Source of the DNA: Somniosus microcephalus | Taxonomy: Eukaryota | Reading direction: 5' to 3' | Assembly (NCBI GenBank): GCA_052327205.1 | Contig: CM126207.1 | Span: forward strand, 218,984,001-219,048,000 | Length of the DNA: 64,000 bases | In this document: positions 26,650 to 39,930 of the stretch, one piece after another | Numbering within the stretch: position 1 is the stretch's first letter | Layout: every line of letters begins with the position of its first letter | Made by a program: the position numbers and the translations under genes | The notes under the pieces: model-generated | What the model was told of the DNA's origin: nothing | The model's database searches: none | Seen by the model: only the letters and a program-made list of their open reading frames with translations

Positions 26650-26983
26650 CAGGAAACTTTGTGCTATCCGGAGGTTGAATGTCCGGCAACTTCGATCTAA
26701 CGGCAGCAATCAGCAGCCGTTTTGGTTAGATTTTTTTTCTTCTCCTAGCATTCTTTTCACAGGCAGGCTCTGGAAAGCGTCTTTGTAGCTTAGCAACAGC
26801 TTCAGAGACGCTTCCAAGCTACTGGGCCGAGTGTTTACAAGCTGTTGCTAAGCAACAGTCTTTGTTGTCAGATACGGAGATGAAAAGCTCCTATCTGATA
26901 ACATTGACGCTGGTCTATCCGGAAGTTTTGAGGCAACGGCAGTAGCTCGGTCCCGTGGGTGCCGGCTAGCACAAAGTTTCCTG
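26650..26983. mobile_element. Tc1/mariner-type MITE, copy 3
   Basis: TIR caggaaactttgtgcta / tagcacaaagtttcctg; TA TSD. Confidence 0.88.
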
Positions 26984-27044
26984 TACAAAACTTGGACCTG
27001 TGTTAATAACATAACTTAACTTATCTGTGAATCTCCAACACATA

Positions 27045-27855
27045 GGCCTAGATTTTCAGTGTGCCGTGAGGCGGGCTTTTAGGCGTGTGGGGGGCTAAAA
27101 TCCCGAATTCGGGGGTCCCGACACCATCCCGCCCAAAACCCGCCTCCACGTAAGTTTCAAAGGAGGCTGGTACCCGCCCCGCACCTGGGACCTGCCGACC
27201 CGAGGCGGGAAGGGATTAGTGCCAATTAACTGCCTGTTAACAGGCAGTTAACAGGCAGTTTTTAGCCTAATCCCTATTTTGAGGGGTGTCGTGTGGTATT
27301 CCCGATGGCTCCAAACCACGCCAGGTTAGAGCAGGCGGGCCGTCAGGTTGAAGGACTTGGAGGGGTCGCGATGTCGGTGTTCAGGTGAGTGATGGGTGCA
27401 TGAGTGCAAAGGTAAGTGTGTTTGGTGTGTCTAAAGTGTGTAAAGAAGTTTAAATTACCTGTACTTAACTTTACAGCCTTTCTTCCTCTAGGCGTCGGGA
27501 GTCCATCATTCAGCCGGCACTGAAAGCAAAATGGCTGCGAACTGTCAAAAGTGACAGCCTTCAGCTTTCAGTGCCGGTGAGAGTTCTAACGGAGTCTGCG
27601 TAGGACTCAGGTTAGAAGTCAGACTGTCAGTGTTTGACAGCTTCAAACAGCTGTGAAACACTGATATTTCATCTGTCAAGACATCTTGACAGATGAAATT
27701 TCAGTCTGTGATGTCACCTGTTGCCGGGTGGCCCTTAATTGGCGGGCTCAACAAGGTCAAATCGCGTGGATTGGCCGGATGTTGATGGAGGCGGGACTAA
27801 AACCCGAAATTTGTAGTCCCGCCTCCTTCCCGACTGCTGAATGAAAATCCAGCCC
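27045..27855. mobile_element. PIF/Harbinger-like MITE
   Basis: TIR ggcctagattttca / tgaaaatccagccc; 3-bp TSD ata; internal tgacag/ctgtca palindromes. Confidence 0.78.
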
Positions 27856-30372
27856 ATAGTCTCCAGCTTCTATCTCAATGGGTTCGGAAAAACTGGACAG
27901 CTGTAGCAGTCTGGCAAAAAATTCCTCTCTGCCTGGGCACCGAGCTGCCCGTCAAGCTCTTCAACAGACACCCGATGGACCATCCACAACTGTGAGAAGC
28001 TCTGCCACTCTGTCAGTTCTCACAGGCAAGACCATCAATCACATCCTGCAGACATAATGGCACTTGGCTTGAACCACACAACAGATGCTAATCACAAATT
28101 AATTTATACCTGCACCTAAATTCCTTTACCTCTACAATGACTAACTTGACGATAAAGCAAGCAGCTCAAACAAAGTTGCAAGCTAACCAATTAGAACACT
28201 TTCATCACATCCTGTTTGGATCCATAGATAAATACACTGGCTTAGTGAAATGTATAGACCTTAAGCTGAGTTAATTTTACAAGAGACTCTACCTCTGTTT
28301 CGAGAGAGATATCAGTGCTTTCTATAGCACAGGAGTGAAACAAGTATATATAATGAACACCAGTAGGAGTCTCAGTAATAAAATTCTCTGCGTTTGTTAT
28401 ATACTTTGAGTCTATAGTCCATCACATATGCACTAAGAGTGAAATTCAAGCGCGAGAATGATGGAACATAGCCAAGCGACTAGATTACAACGCCCAGAAG
28501 TCTTCATACAATCTCAGATTCTGAACCTCTCCACTCAGTCCCATCCTGCAGTAGTCTGAATCTCCCCACTTCACTGCTCCCTCTCAGCCACAACAGTAAC
28601 TCCAACCACTTTCATAATCCTTATAAGCACTGATCCCACAACCTTCCCTTCGTCAAGTCTAAGCCTCCTAACTATTCCTGCCAAAGTGCTACTCCCAACT
28701 CCTGGTTCATGACGTCGCCACTCACTCCCACCTCTCTCCTTCCCAACCTCAACGTTTGCTATTTGCTGCTTTCCCACCTTTTTGAAAAAATAGTGTGTTT
28801 TAATTTAATTAAAAAACTTAGCATGATTTAATCTCAATTTATGCGATTAAAATGCAAATAGACAATTTAGAAACATATACATGGGCTATTAAAAGCAAAA
28901 ACAAACAACAGGCTGTTAAATGCAAAGATAAATACAATTTTGCACAAGTTAACATATTTTAAAGTAATGAAAGGGATTACAAAAGGAAGATAATCACCAA
29001 CTATTCCACTGATGCTCATCTTATCGGTTAGTCCATGTAACCTCAGGTACTACCCACCCCTAATGCCAGCAATGTTAACCTCTAGGGGGAGAAAAAAAAA
29101 CTATGACCAATTTCAGGAAAAATTTAAATTCATCCTGGTCTCCCAAAGCCAATCAAACAAGCTCCTGTGACACATCGCTGGACATACTTAACTACCTTCC
29201 TGGAACCCCCTCCAAAGCTGAGCATGTGTCAATGCCTTAGGAACATAGAACAGTACCAGACCAGAAAAGATCATTTTTATTCATTGGGCTGGTCACAAAG
29301 CTTGAAGACTTCATACACCATTTTATTCCTCATGCCCTTCAATAGCCCTATCTGCCAAAAATGTAGCTATCACCCTTTTAAAACTTGTAATATCACCCAT
29401 TTCCACTCCATCCTGGGTATCTTATCTAACAATCATCACCCTCTACAATTCACCTGCTTTTTTTCCCATGCTCTTCATGGCCTTTCCCAATTTGGGATCA
29501 TTTGCAAACTTGGAGAGTTTTGTTGGGGTCCCTCCCTCCAGATCATTAATACACATTGAAACAATGGTCCTAGAACAATCTTTGCAATACCCCGCTAGTC
29601 ACCTCCTTCCATGTAGGTGCTGATCCTTCAACCCTCTGACTAAACCAGTTAGTTATCCATTTCATAAGCTTCCCTCCTATAATAATGAACCAAGGATAGC
29701 AAGTCAAATATTTAAGAAATGTTTTAAATAAACTGATAATGGAGAGCAGGCAAAGTACAAATTATTAGGAGTTAATATTAGATTACTTTTAATGTTCTGT
29801 TTAACATTTCAAAATTGGGTTCAAGATTTTTGTCTGCAAGCAACACTGCAGAAGATTAGCTAGTCTTGTAAATATTTTACTACCACGCTTAAAAGCTTCA
29901 AACATTATAAATAATTTCTTGAAAATTATTTTGATGACTCTGGTGTGATCACAGACTATGAATTTGCGCAGACAGATGCCAACAGAACAAGTACTGAGGG
30001 TGTAATTTACTATTCTTAAGGCTGTAATTTTATCCAGTTGCAGGGAGGAGGCAGAGGACTTTAGATCTAGCAGCAATTCACTTGCTTGCGATCAGAACAC
30101 TTCGGACTACTGATGACCTAAACTTTGGATCTCCAGATCCAGTAGTGTTAGGAAAACTCAGAAATTAGGATCAAGATTATTTCAATGACAAGTATTAACT
30201 TTGGATGATCTTCATCATCTTGTGCAGATAAAAGCTCCCACAACTGGTTAGAAGTTAACAAAGTGAGTTATAAGTCTCAATAGATTACCATCATTTAGGA
30301 AAAAAAAACTTTTTTGCAAAATAAACTTATGTAGATGAAAATGAGTAATTTCCATGTTGTAAAGCTTCTCAC

Positions 30373-30441
30373 CTCTTTTTTCACTAGTCTTGAAGCCATA
30401 ATTTTGTCTACAATTGCAGCATCTTCTTCACTAGGGTTTTC
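30373..30441 (-). CDS. CHD9: CHD9 coding exon (ENPSEEDAAIVDKIMASRLVKKE); start of chromodomain 1
   Basis: tag acceptor, gtgag donor; 69 bp, phase 0. Confidence 0.93.
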
Positions 30442-31280
30442 CTAGGGATAGATGTAAATTCTTAAACAATGTCTTACAAACAAGGAATTCAAAGACATTT
30501 TACTTCATATTATCATCTCCTATGACTAAATGGCTTGAAAAATAATGTACCATTAATCTAAATATATATGACTATAAATTTTACAGAGAAAAGGCTAATT
30601 TAAACAACAAACAATAAAATACAATTCTGGGTTCAATAAGAAAGCGCCCTTTTTAGATTTCATTGTCCTTTGACTTGGCTAATTCACATTATTTACATAT
30701 CACACTGATATTCTGAAATTGTTATAACTGTACTTAATGTTTACAGTACATTTAGCCATTTTCATTCAGACCGAACAACAAAAAGGGATAGCAGATTTCA
30801 CTCCAACATGTTTGTCAGAAAAAATTTAAATTATTTTATCATAGACATAGCTACAAAATAAGTGTCACGGTTTGTGTGACTGCTACTGAAATACTGTAAA
30901 CACCTGATCGTATTATTGTCTTGAAGAAAATGTGAACACTTGCACCTGACCAACACAACATCAAGGATCAAGGCAAATTTGACGTTACAAAATATTTGAC
31001 TTTTCTGAAAATCTAACAGTAAGAGAATGAAAAAAATAACAGAACTACAAGTGGAAGCCACTACATTGCAGTGTGCAAACATTATTTGTTTTTTTCCAGA
31101 TGCTGCAAAAGAACTTTGGATATTCCAATCAAATTGTTCTGAATAGACAGGATAATTGTCAACCCTTATTAACGCACACTTTAACAAAAGGTTCAACATA
31201 AATTATCAACTTATTTTAGTGACTTCCACAAACTCCTCACAGTCATTAGAGTATGCTACAATTGACCAAAATGGCCTCAC

Positions 31281-31430
31281 CACAAATAACTGCACAGGTT
31301 GCTCAGCAGGTAAAACAGCACCAGCCCTGGCTTTCCCTTTAGCAGCCAACCCATCGTCATCATCTGAAATCTTCATCCCAGTGTCTTCGTTATATTTCTT
31401 TCTTTTTACTTGTCTGTTCGATCTTCTCTT
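31281..31430 (-). CDS. CHD9: CHD9 coding exon (KRRSNRQVKRKKY...QLFV)
   Basis: cag acceptor, gtgag donor; 150 bp, phase 0; KRRS.RQ.KRKKY is conserved in CHD6-9. Confidence 0.93.
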
Positions 31431-31710
31431 CTGCAAAATTAATTACAACCTTAAAATTAATGTTACTGTTTTTCTACAGATACACACACACACACAATCA
31501 TACAATTAATAGCCAATACATTAATTTGAATTCATTACATGATTCAAATTATTAAGCATTTTAATGCTGTTACATTTATGAGCAAATGATTTGTTTGAGG
31601 TTTTTGGTGGCATATTAAGAAGTGTACTACAGTTTTGTATTTATCCATGCCCATTAGGTATTTTAATGGGTAGTTTTGTTCCCCGGAACCATTGGATGCT
31701 AAAATCTTAC

Positions 31711-31831
31711 TTGACATCCAGAGATGGGTTCTTTCTTTATTGATGGTGTGGGAATCTGTTCGGTATCCGACCCCTCTTCCGATGAGTCATTCTTCCTTTT
31801 CTTTTTCTTGCCCAGCGTGATTATGATTTTG
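31711..31831 (-). CDS. CHD9: CHD9 coding exon (S|KIIITLGKKKKRKNDSSEEGSD...GCQ)
   Basis: cag acceptor 31832-31834, gtaag donor 31706-31710; 121 bp, phase 2 to 0; resembles the CHD9 KLIITLGKK.KRKN.SS segment. Confidence 0.9.
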
Positions 31832-33925
31832 CTGTTGAATCAATTGTCAATAAATTAGGATCTACCACCACACGTAACGATCATGCTCATACTGGATTAA
31901 TTTACTAATGCAAAAGACGAAAATATTAAATTGTGTATAATACTTTCTTTTTTGGGGGAGGAAAGAAGTGGGGAATAGCTGGTTTATTCTTGTGCTCACA
32001 AGAGAAGAGATATCACTGCTGGGGAGTGGGACACTTTTCCATCTGTGCACAATGTAAAAAAAGATGTACGAGTACCTCACTCCCTAGTACTGATATCTCC
32101 ATGTCAGATGCAGACTTTTTAATGTCAAAACATCACAAAGCATTTCTTCCCAGTGCACCACTATATGTTGGTCCATTATCACAGCAGTCATCTCTTGTGG
32201 TCTGAGATTACCAATTAACACTAATGCAGTTCTGCACTGTGGATTTATTTCCACCAGGAACAGTCTTGATAGCGCAGTCATTTCACTTGGACCCAGTGTA
32301 ACTGTTCACTGGTATCAGATCCTACTTACAGGAATATTCACAAAAATGGCATTCTTGGCTGCCGTCATACTTAAGTATGATCAAATGTTGTGGTTAAGGC
32401 AAGGTGATGGGATAGAAAGTAGTCTTGGACCGTAGTGCAATACGGGCAATAGTGAGTTTTATATTCTGGTTGATTTTCTTTTCCATTGACTACTGCTCAA
32501 AACAAATCTGTACCCTGATGTCTTTCATTTGTTTTTTTTTTCCCCCCGTCATTTCCCTCCCCATCTCACCCTAGAAGTTTAACTCATTGATGGGATACAG
32601 ATGGAATTTCAGTCTCCCAAGTAGCCATTATTTGTTGGCAGGCTAATTATAGCTAATCACAGCTGAGACACACACACAACACACACACACACACAGCTGG
32701 TGGATAGCGATCAGTGTTGGCCAATTTTGTTTATCTTAACCTAGCAGTACCTGAAATGTCTACTGCTTGTCTGGCTGAGATCAACTAACTCAGTTTAGAC
32801 CAGAGATTGAATCTGGGACTTTAAGCTGCTTCCTTTATGTATTAGAGATAAACACAGTACCCCTGGGCCTGGCCTGAACAGCTAACTTTTTCTGTATTGA
32901 TGGTTGTGACACTTGCTCTTCACCTGTCAATTAAATTTTTTGCCACCAAAAACTACACATGCCCTGATTTGGTTTAGCCACAGCAAAGATCCAAATGCAG
33001 AAAGACCTTTGTGTCACAGAACAAGTTCCAGGAAGATGCGCCACAGGCTATTGTTAACGTTTCCAATTTTGTGTTTCCTGGATTCAATCGGTGTTATTGA
33101 AAAAAAGTCAAAATTTTATGTCCATTAAAATTTTAGTAGATAAACTCAGATACCAGGAACTTCAATTGTAACACAAGCTACACCAAAATCATTGGTGACC
33201 AAACTGAAAAGAGATATCAATATTGAATTGTATAATGTAGTGAATATGTATTATTTGTGAGGTGCTCATCACAATGATGCAGTTAAATATAAACAAAAAG
33301 TATAATAAATACTATTCACCTAGTATAGCACAACTGAACTTGTTCATCAATTTCAAATGTTTTGCAAAACCCAAGCTTTTTATTTGAAAACATACATGGT
33401 TAACAGTGCAACACTGACGAATAGACCGGGTAGATTAGCATGCATCAATGCAAACTCTGCAGCGTGACTCTGATCTGCAGCCACCTTAATACAGGCGGGT
33501 GGCAGGAGACCACCTGAAGGAGGCAGCCTCACACTGCTTCTGCTTTTCTATGGCTCCAGGGTAACAGTAACCAGTACAAAGCAAAGGTTTTAAAACTTCA
33601 GACTATTGGGAAATTTTATAAACCTGATTTTTAAGTTTAGTTAAGTGGAAAGCAGGCTGCCCCATTGTCACTTTACAAATTCAATGGGAATTTGGACACA
33701 CAGTTCAGTTTTCCATGACAAGTAAACAGCCAGAGGTAAACAATGGGGCCCATTTTAACTTCTGGGCCATCAACTGACAGAGTGATAAAAGCAGAGATTA
33801 AATATGATGCATTACAACAGTGACTCCACTTCAAAAGTACTTCATTGGCTGTAAAGTACTTTGGGACATCCGGTGGTCATGAAAGGCGCTATATAAATGC
33901 AAGTCTTTTTCATTAAATACTTATA

Positions 33926-34713
33926 GGGAATTGATTTTTGTGGGGTAAGGGCTCCCAAATTTAAGAATGGCTCGGGTTTTGCGTTGAGAATAATGGGTGA
34001 GACTGTCAGCGCTCACTATTATCATGGAGTAAATTGGACAGCAACTTCCAGAGTGTGCACATGCACAGTTAAACGCAGAAATAAGAAAGTTGCTATCAGA
34101 GTTACCCTGCTCCTCCACAGGCTACGGTATAGCAGAACTTCACTGATAGACTCGGCACTCACATACATTTAAGGGCGTGAAGTTGTGATACCAGTAGTTA
34201 CCCACTAAATATGTCAGAAAGTTAGGGCTGGTGCATTCATGTGTAAGTGAATTTTTAACCGTGATAATTCATAATTACTGCCAAACAACCCCGCTGGCCC
34301 TGAAAATTTAATTTTACAAGTGTGGAGTCTCATTCCTTCAGAATTTAGTTATTGTTGGGAGATAGGACTTTTTTTAAACCTTTTCTTTCTGTCTCTTTCA
34401 TTTCACTCTCTTACTCCCACCTTTCTTTCCCTCTCTATTTCACTTTCTGCACATGATTTAAATCCAATTTATACTTCCTGGTTTAGCTTCTGTGTGCATC
34501 AGTGAGAATTCTTCAATCTGATTGGTTGAAGAGCCTTGCTGTTGCTTTCCCTGTTCACACACGCCACAGATCCCCTGTAAAGGGCGCCGTGCTGGATCAG
34601 ATGCCCGATGACAGTAAGTCGCCGCTCAAACGCTTGTGAAAAGTCTGTGGGCAGCTGTCAGCGTAGTGAATGGCAAGCGCTGTTCCTTCGCTGCCGACTG
34701 CAAAATCCAGGCC
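33926..34713. mobile_element. PIF/Harbinger-like MITE (degraded)
   Basis: End caaaatccaggcc; homology to 15880-16577. Confidence 0.55.
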
Positions 34714-35930
34714 AATATATTTTTAGGCTAATCAAATATGTGCTAACACTCTGGAGGCTAGTATAACTACCTGCATTGGATTTAGAATGGGCACTCCTAG
34801 GTGAGATGTGATCGTTGCTGGACAGGATATTAGTCCATATTCAGAACTATTCTCATGGATGTCCTATTTTTTTCCTACATCCTTGAAATGCACTCTATTA
34901 TACAGATTCACAAGATGTATTTTGCTGTGTTTGTTAATCTTTTTGACAACATCTTCATATTTGACCTATTAATGCTACCTTGCTCAGTGGGACCACGTTC
35001 TAACTCGGGGACAATAAATTTCCAAACTGGAAAATTACATTACTTCAGCATCTAGGTTCCTTAGAACTATGGAGTTTCTTCTAATGCTAAACAGCATGCA
35101 TTATCATTATCATTTGTGCTTGTTCACGACATGTCCCTCAACATAGATGAAACCACTCACTGAAACGCACCAATAAATTTAATACTGGCATCGGCTAAAC
35201 AACATTTATATAATGATTCAAATATTTTACTGAAGTGAGGATGTTGTTTGAGAATGACAACGATCACGGTTATAAATTTGTGGAGACATATTGGGGTTTG
35301 GTTGGTGGTTCATCATGTTGGGGTTTGAGATCTTCTAGTGGACTATAATTGAGTTCAATCAGAGTCAGAAAAATAAAAATGCACTTTAACATGTCTGTAA
35401 TTTCAGAGTTCATCACAATAAGGTTCAAATGTTGTATCTGCAAGAATATAGACAGAATGTGCCAGTTATTTGACATTGTTAAAGGGCTGTTTTCTCAGAC
35501 ACTGCCATTTCCCATGCATTTACAGTATTGAACAGGAACAATTGGATAATGAATATTTCCCATGTTCTCGGATGAAAACTACAGTATTGAGCAACTGGAC
35601 TTCTATATTTACTATTCGGTGATTCAACAAATTTATGATCGATGTTGTATTCAAGTTATGTTTAAATGTCAACATAGTTATTCATTTATTGTTCTTTTGC
35701 AGTGTATGGCACACTTACACTTTCGGGCACATTGCATATCTCTATGGAATACCTTATTACAGCAAAAGCTTCCTTAAACCAAAGGAAAGAATGTTATACA
35801 AGCCAGTGAAGGACCATATTATTGCTCTATCCCTACACACGTATTAGGTTTTAGATGCCCCAAAGCAAAAATCCACTTCTAAAAGCAACTCACAATCTGA
35901 TCAATATCTACTCAATGTAAACTTTCAAGT

Positions 35931-36132
35931 AAAAACAGAAAATGCTGGAAATACTCAGCAGGTCAGGCAACATCTGTGGAGAGAGAAACAGAGTTAACGT
36001 TTCAGGTCGATGACCCTTCGACCTGAAACGTTAAATCTGTTTCTCTCTCCACAGATGCTGCCCGACCTGCTGAGTATTTCCAGCATTTTCTGTTTTTATT
36101 TCAAATTTCCAGCATCCGCAGTATTTTGCTTT
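35931..36132. mobile_element. Penelope-type short element inserted as an inverted dimer (copy 2)
   Basis: About 81-bp inverted arms (35930-36010, 36018-36098); 15-bp TSD tgtaaactttcaagt (35916-35930, 36133-36147). Confidence 0.88.
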
Positions 36133-38803
36133 TGTAAACTTTCAAGTCTTTAGAAGCTAATAGATTGTACATATTTCTAATGCTAATCAAGTACAGAACT
36201 TTCACAGTAAATGTTTCTACTGCAGTCTGGCTCCCTTTTCATATGTTGTGTTGAAGTATAGAATTAAAAGGAACAGTGATATATTTTTCCTGACGTAAAA
36301 TTCTAGTTCTACATTTACTCTAGGTAAAGCAATAGTTGATCAAAGCATCTACCAAACCATTTTACATTCACTTCACCTGTACAACATTCCTGATACAAGC
36401 ATCACATTTAATTACGAGAGAGTTTGGCCAGCCTCAGTACAGTTCTCGTTAGGTGTGGGTCTAATAAAAACTGTTTTGCCATAATTGGGAGTTTGAAAAA
36501 TGTCAGGTCCACTTTCCTGTCTGTTAGGGCTATTGCCAGACATCCACAAGCCAGCACAGCGATTACTGCTAGCTGCAAAAAGAAGCAACCCGCCTCACAA
36601 TGGCCACACCTACAAGCACATGGACAAGGTACAGTGCTTGATGTACAGACTCTTCCTAGAACTGGGAAAATATTGAGCATTCTTGACCGCCCTCCCTGGA
36701 GATCTATGCAATAGGCCCCATTCTCACAAACATCAGAACGTACTCCTGCAGAGGGAGGGGTGGGTTAATGCCAACAAGAACACAAACCATCCAGCTATAA
36801 AGAAAAAGTGACCCAACCCAAAAACAGCAGAGGAGCTGTGCATTCCTGTCCAGCAGAGCTGCTCCCAATCCATGTCTGCCACAGACCTCAAGCTTGTGAA
36901 ATTACTGCACAAATATGCCCAATCCGGTTGTCAGTATATCCTCCTGTAAATGCTAGCTCAGGTATATACACCAGCAGCCTATCTGTGTGAAAACCAGTAC
37001 ACAAATTTTCTTTGGTCATTTTTTAATTGTTTATATCTGGACCATTGTTGTTTGCCAGTTTCGCATTTTCCAATTTGTTTGTAATCCAGAAAATAAACAT
37101 TTTTTTTAAAAAAGGCATCTAAGTGATATAGTACAGTGTTCTTCAGAGACTAGCATTTGGGTACAGTTTTAGAGCAAAAGGACTTTCATTCTGCGTCGAA
37201 CTTGGTCAAAACCTGATTTGGAAATGGTCGACACTGACATGAAACAGAGTGGAAAATTTTCCAGTACTGACATCCCTTGGCTTAAGAAAAACAAAGATTC
37301 ACCAAAAGTAAAAGAAACACAAAGTTCTGATTCAAGCTTAAAATATTTCCTGACTGTTTTTCCTGATTCTCAGTGCACAAATTGAACGAATTTCATCTCC
37401 AGACGGCAGCATATTTTAGACATCCTATACAAAAGCAGTGCTTTTTTCCGTTCAAGTTGTTGCACAATGTAATGGTTGTAGTATTTTCCATTTTGCCAGT
37501 CATTTATAAAATCCTTTATCTAAGCACAAATTTCCTAGGTGAATCAGCTATACAATTACCAGCATTCATCTAGTTTCTAAAAGCAATCAATTCTAAAGCA
37601 TTAGTAAAAAGTGCATTGCGCTACAACTTGAGGATTGTTCTCAAATATTTAGCAGCTGAAAACTGTTAAAACTAAGCCTGATGAGCTGAAACAGGGGAGG
37701 TTATCTATTATTCTGAAGCTGGTTATCAGCAGGGGAAGTCTTTAGCACAATATATCAATTTTAGATTATATTTTAGGTAACTTTTGGTACTCAAAGTTAG
37801 GGGTGTCAATAGTGAAAAGAACAAAATGCTTTTCCACTTTGACACCCAAGATCAAATGGTCCAAGTACAGTATCGTCAGTGGCAAAGCAAAGCTCACGTT
37901 AAGGTGATGCACCTTACCCGCAACATCAGAAGACCTTCTCCCTACCACATCAATGTGAGGTTTCTCACACTAGTTGCTCTTGTGGCTGGTTCTATGCTGT
38001 AGATCCACATCCACAGAGTGAGATAGGCCAAACTCATTTCACACACAATCCTTAAAGCAGTCAGAGCACTCCTTAATCACCAAGCTGAAATTGTAAGGCA
38101 GGGCCCAGGGTTAAAGGACAATGCAGTAGATTTCATCTTTAGCGCCTGATGGGAGCGTAAAAAGCAACACTGGATAGGAGGGGTCCCACATCCTCAATGG
38201 AGGCCGTCCCATTTTCCTTCCGTTAATTTAAACGGAAAATCAGGCAAGCTCCATTACTGGCAGATGAACCTCCCGCCTAATTTTACACTCTGCTCCTTCC
38301 CAGATGGTAAAGACAAAAATCTATCCCAAAACGTTAAGCCCTGCACCGTCCTTTCCCCCACCCCCTGCACTGTCCTTTTCCCCACCTCCATCACTTTTTT
38401 TTTTTTTTTAGGTAGTTCCTTCACTTATCATCAAGGACCTGCACATTTAGACAATGAACTGGTTTTTGCTCCCAGCATTAGGAGGAACTAGAAGGCAACA
38501 GAGGTGCACCATGGAATATTCAATCTGGAAGACTGGGCAAATTATACTTTTTACAAATTTGTTTCAACAAGATAATACTGTTCTACAGAAAATCTTTCAA
38601 CACTAAATCCAGAACCACGATTACACATTGAAACAAATTACCAACATGATGATATTCTTGACCCATCTTTGCTTCCAATTTTTGGTCTAGCAGCATTATC
38701 CAATTGATCCAACATAAATTTGTTTCTAACTTTTTGGTTTACTCATATATTCATCAGCATTATGGTCTTTCTCATTGGTTTAATTTAGGTCATTCTTTTT
38801 AGG

Positions 38804-39298
38804 ACACCACACTTTAGGGAGGAGGGTGCAGGGGAGATTTACGAGAACGGTATCGGGGATGCGGGATTTTAGTCACGTGGTGTGACTAGAGAAGCTGAGG
38901 TTGTTCTCCTTAAAGCAGAGAAGGTTAAGGGGAGATTTAATAGAAGTGTTCAAAATCATGAAGGGTAAAAAAGGAGAAACTGGTTCCACTGGCAAAAGGG
39001 TTGGTAACCAGAGGACACAGATTTAAAGTAATTGGCAAAAGAACCAGAGGTGAGATGAGAAATTTATTTTACGCATCGAGTTATGATGATCTGGAATACA
39101 CTGCCTGAAAGGGGGGTGGAAGCAGATTCAATAATAACTTTCAAAAAGGGATTAGATAAATACTTGAAGGGGAAAAATTTGCAGGGCTGTGGGGATAGGT
39201 CAGAGGAATGGGACTAATTGGATAGCTCTTTCAAAGCACCAGCACAGGCATGATGGGCCGAATGGCCTCCTTCTGTGCTGTATCATTCGATGATTCTA
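38804..39298 (+). mobile_element. CR1 LINE 3' fragment
   Basis: gcagagaaggttaaggggagatttaatagaagtgttcaaaatcatg...gggccgaatggcct tail. Confidence 0.88.
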
Positions 39299-39586
39299 TA
39301 TAGTTCCATATTAACTACTTGGAAGCAGTGGCTCAACACTTGGGCTTAAAAATCCTTCATTACTTTAAGTGAACAAAATTAAGTGAATAATTGCTCTGTG
39401 GTTCTGGATATTTCACCAATTCTATTTTATAATATTCAGAGTTAAAATTTCACAATATTTTCACACATAATAAGACAGAGATTGTCTAACTTAAAAGGTT
39501 AATTTTTAAATATGTGCACCTAATCTGATCAATTTGCAAGACATAAAATTAGTTTTATATATTTCTGAGATGCTGTCCCAACTTAC

Positions 39587-39930
39587 CTTATTTTTGTTCT
39601 ATCATTTGATTTAGAACATAAGCCAGTTCGAGACTTCTTTAACTCTTTATCCTTTTGTTTTGTTTTGCTCTTGCTGGATTTCCTTTCTTCCTTTCGAGCA
39701 GACCCAGTGGACAAACAGGCTGGGTTTACCACTCGGGGAATATTCTGCTCCCCACGTGCCTTTGCCTTAGCTATTGCTTCAGATATGATGCGATTAGCTT
39801 TCTCTTGCTTGTTCTGCATTTCCTTCTTTTTTAGCTGTTTGTTTCCAGTCATCAGCTGTGCATTCTGTAACTTGACAATTTGCGTTGCTTGTGGACTAGA
39901 ACCATCAAGAGTGGTCTGAGAGGAAGGAGG
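39587..39930 (-). CDS. CHD9: CHD9 coding exon (PPSSQTTL...QEKANRIISEAIAKAKARGE...RTKI); basic linker
   Basis: Acceptor ttcttcag at 39931-39938 and donor gtaagt at 39581-39586; 344 bp, phase 0 to 2. Peptide KQEKANRIISEAIAKAK matches the CHD9 exon following the large N-terminal exon. Confidence 0.93.

Noticed and set aside
4792-39930. Assignment to CHD7, CHD8 or CHD6
   Set aside because: [29 protein letters not shown] and PPSS..KANRIISEAIAKAK fit CHD9 better.
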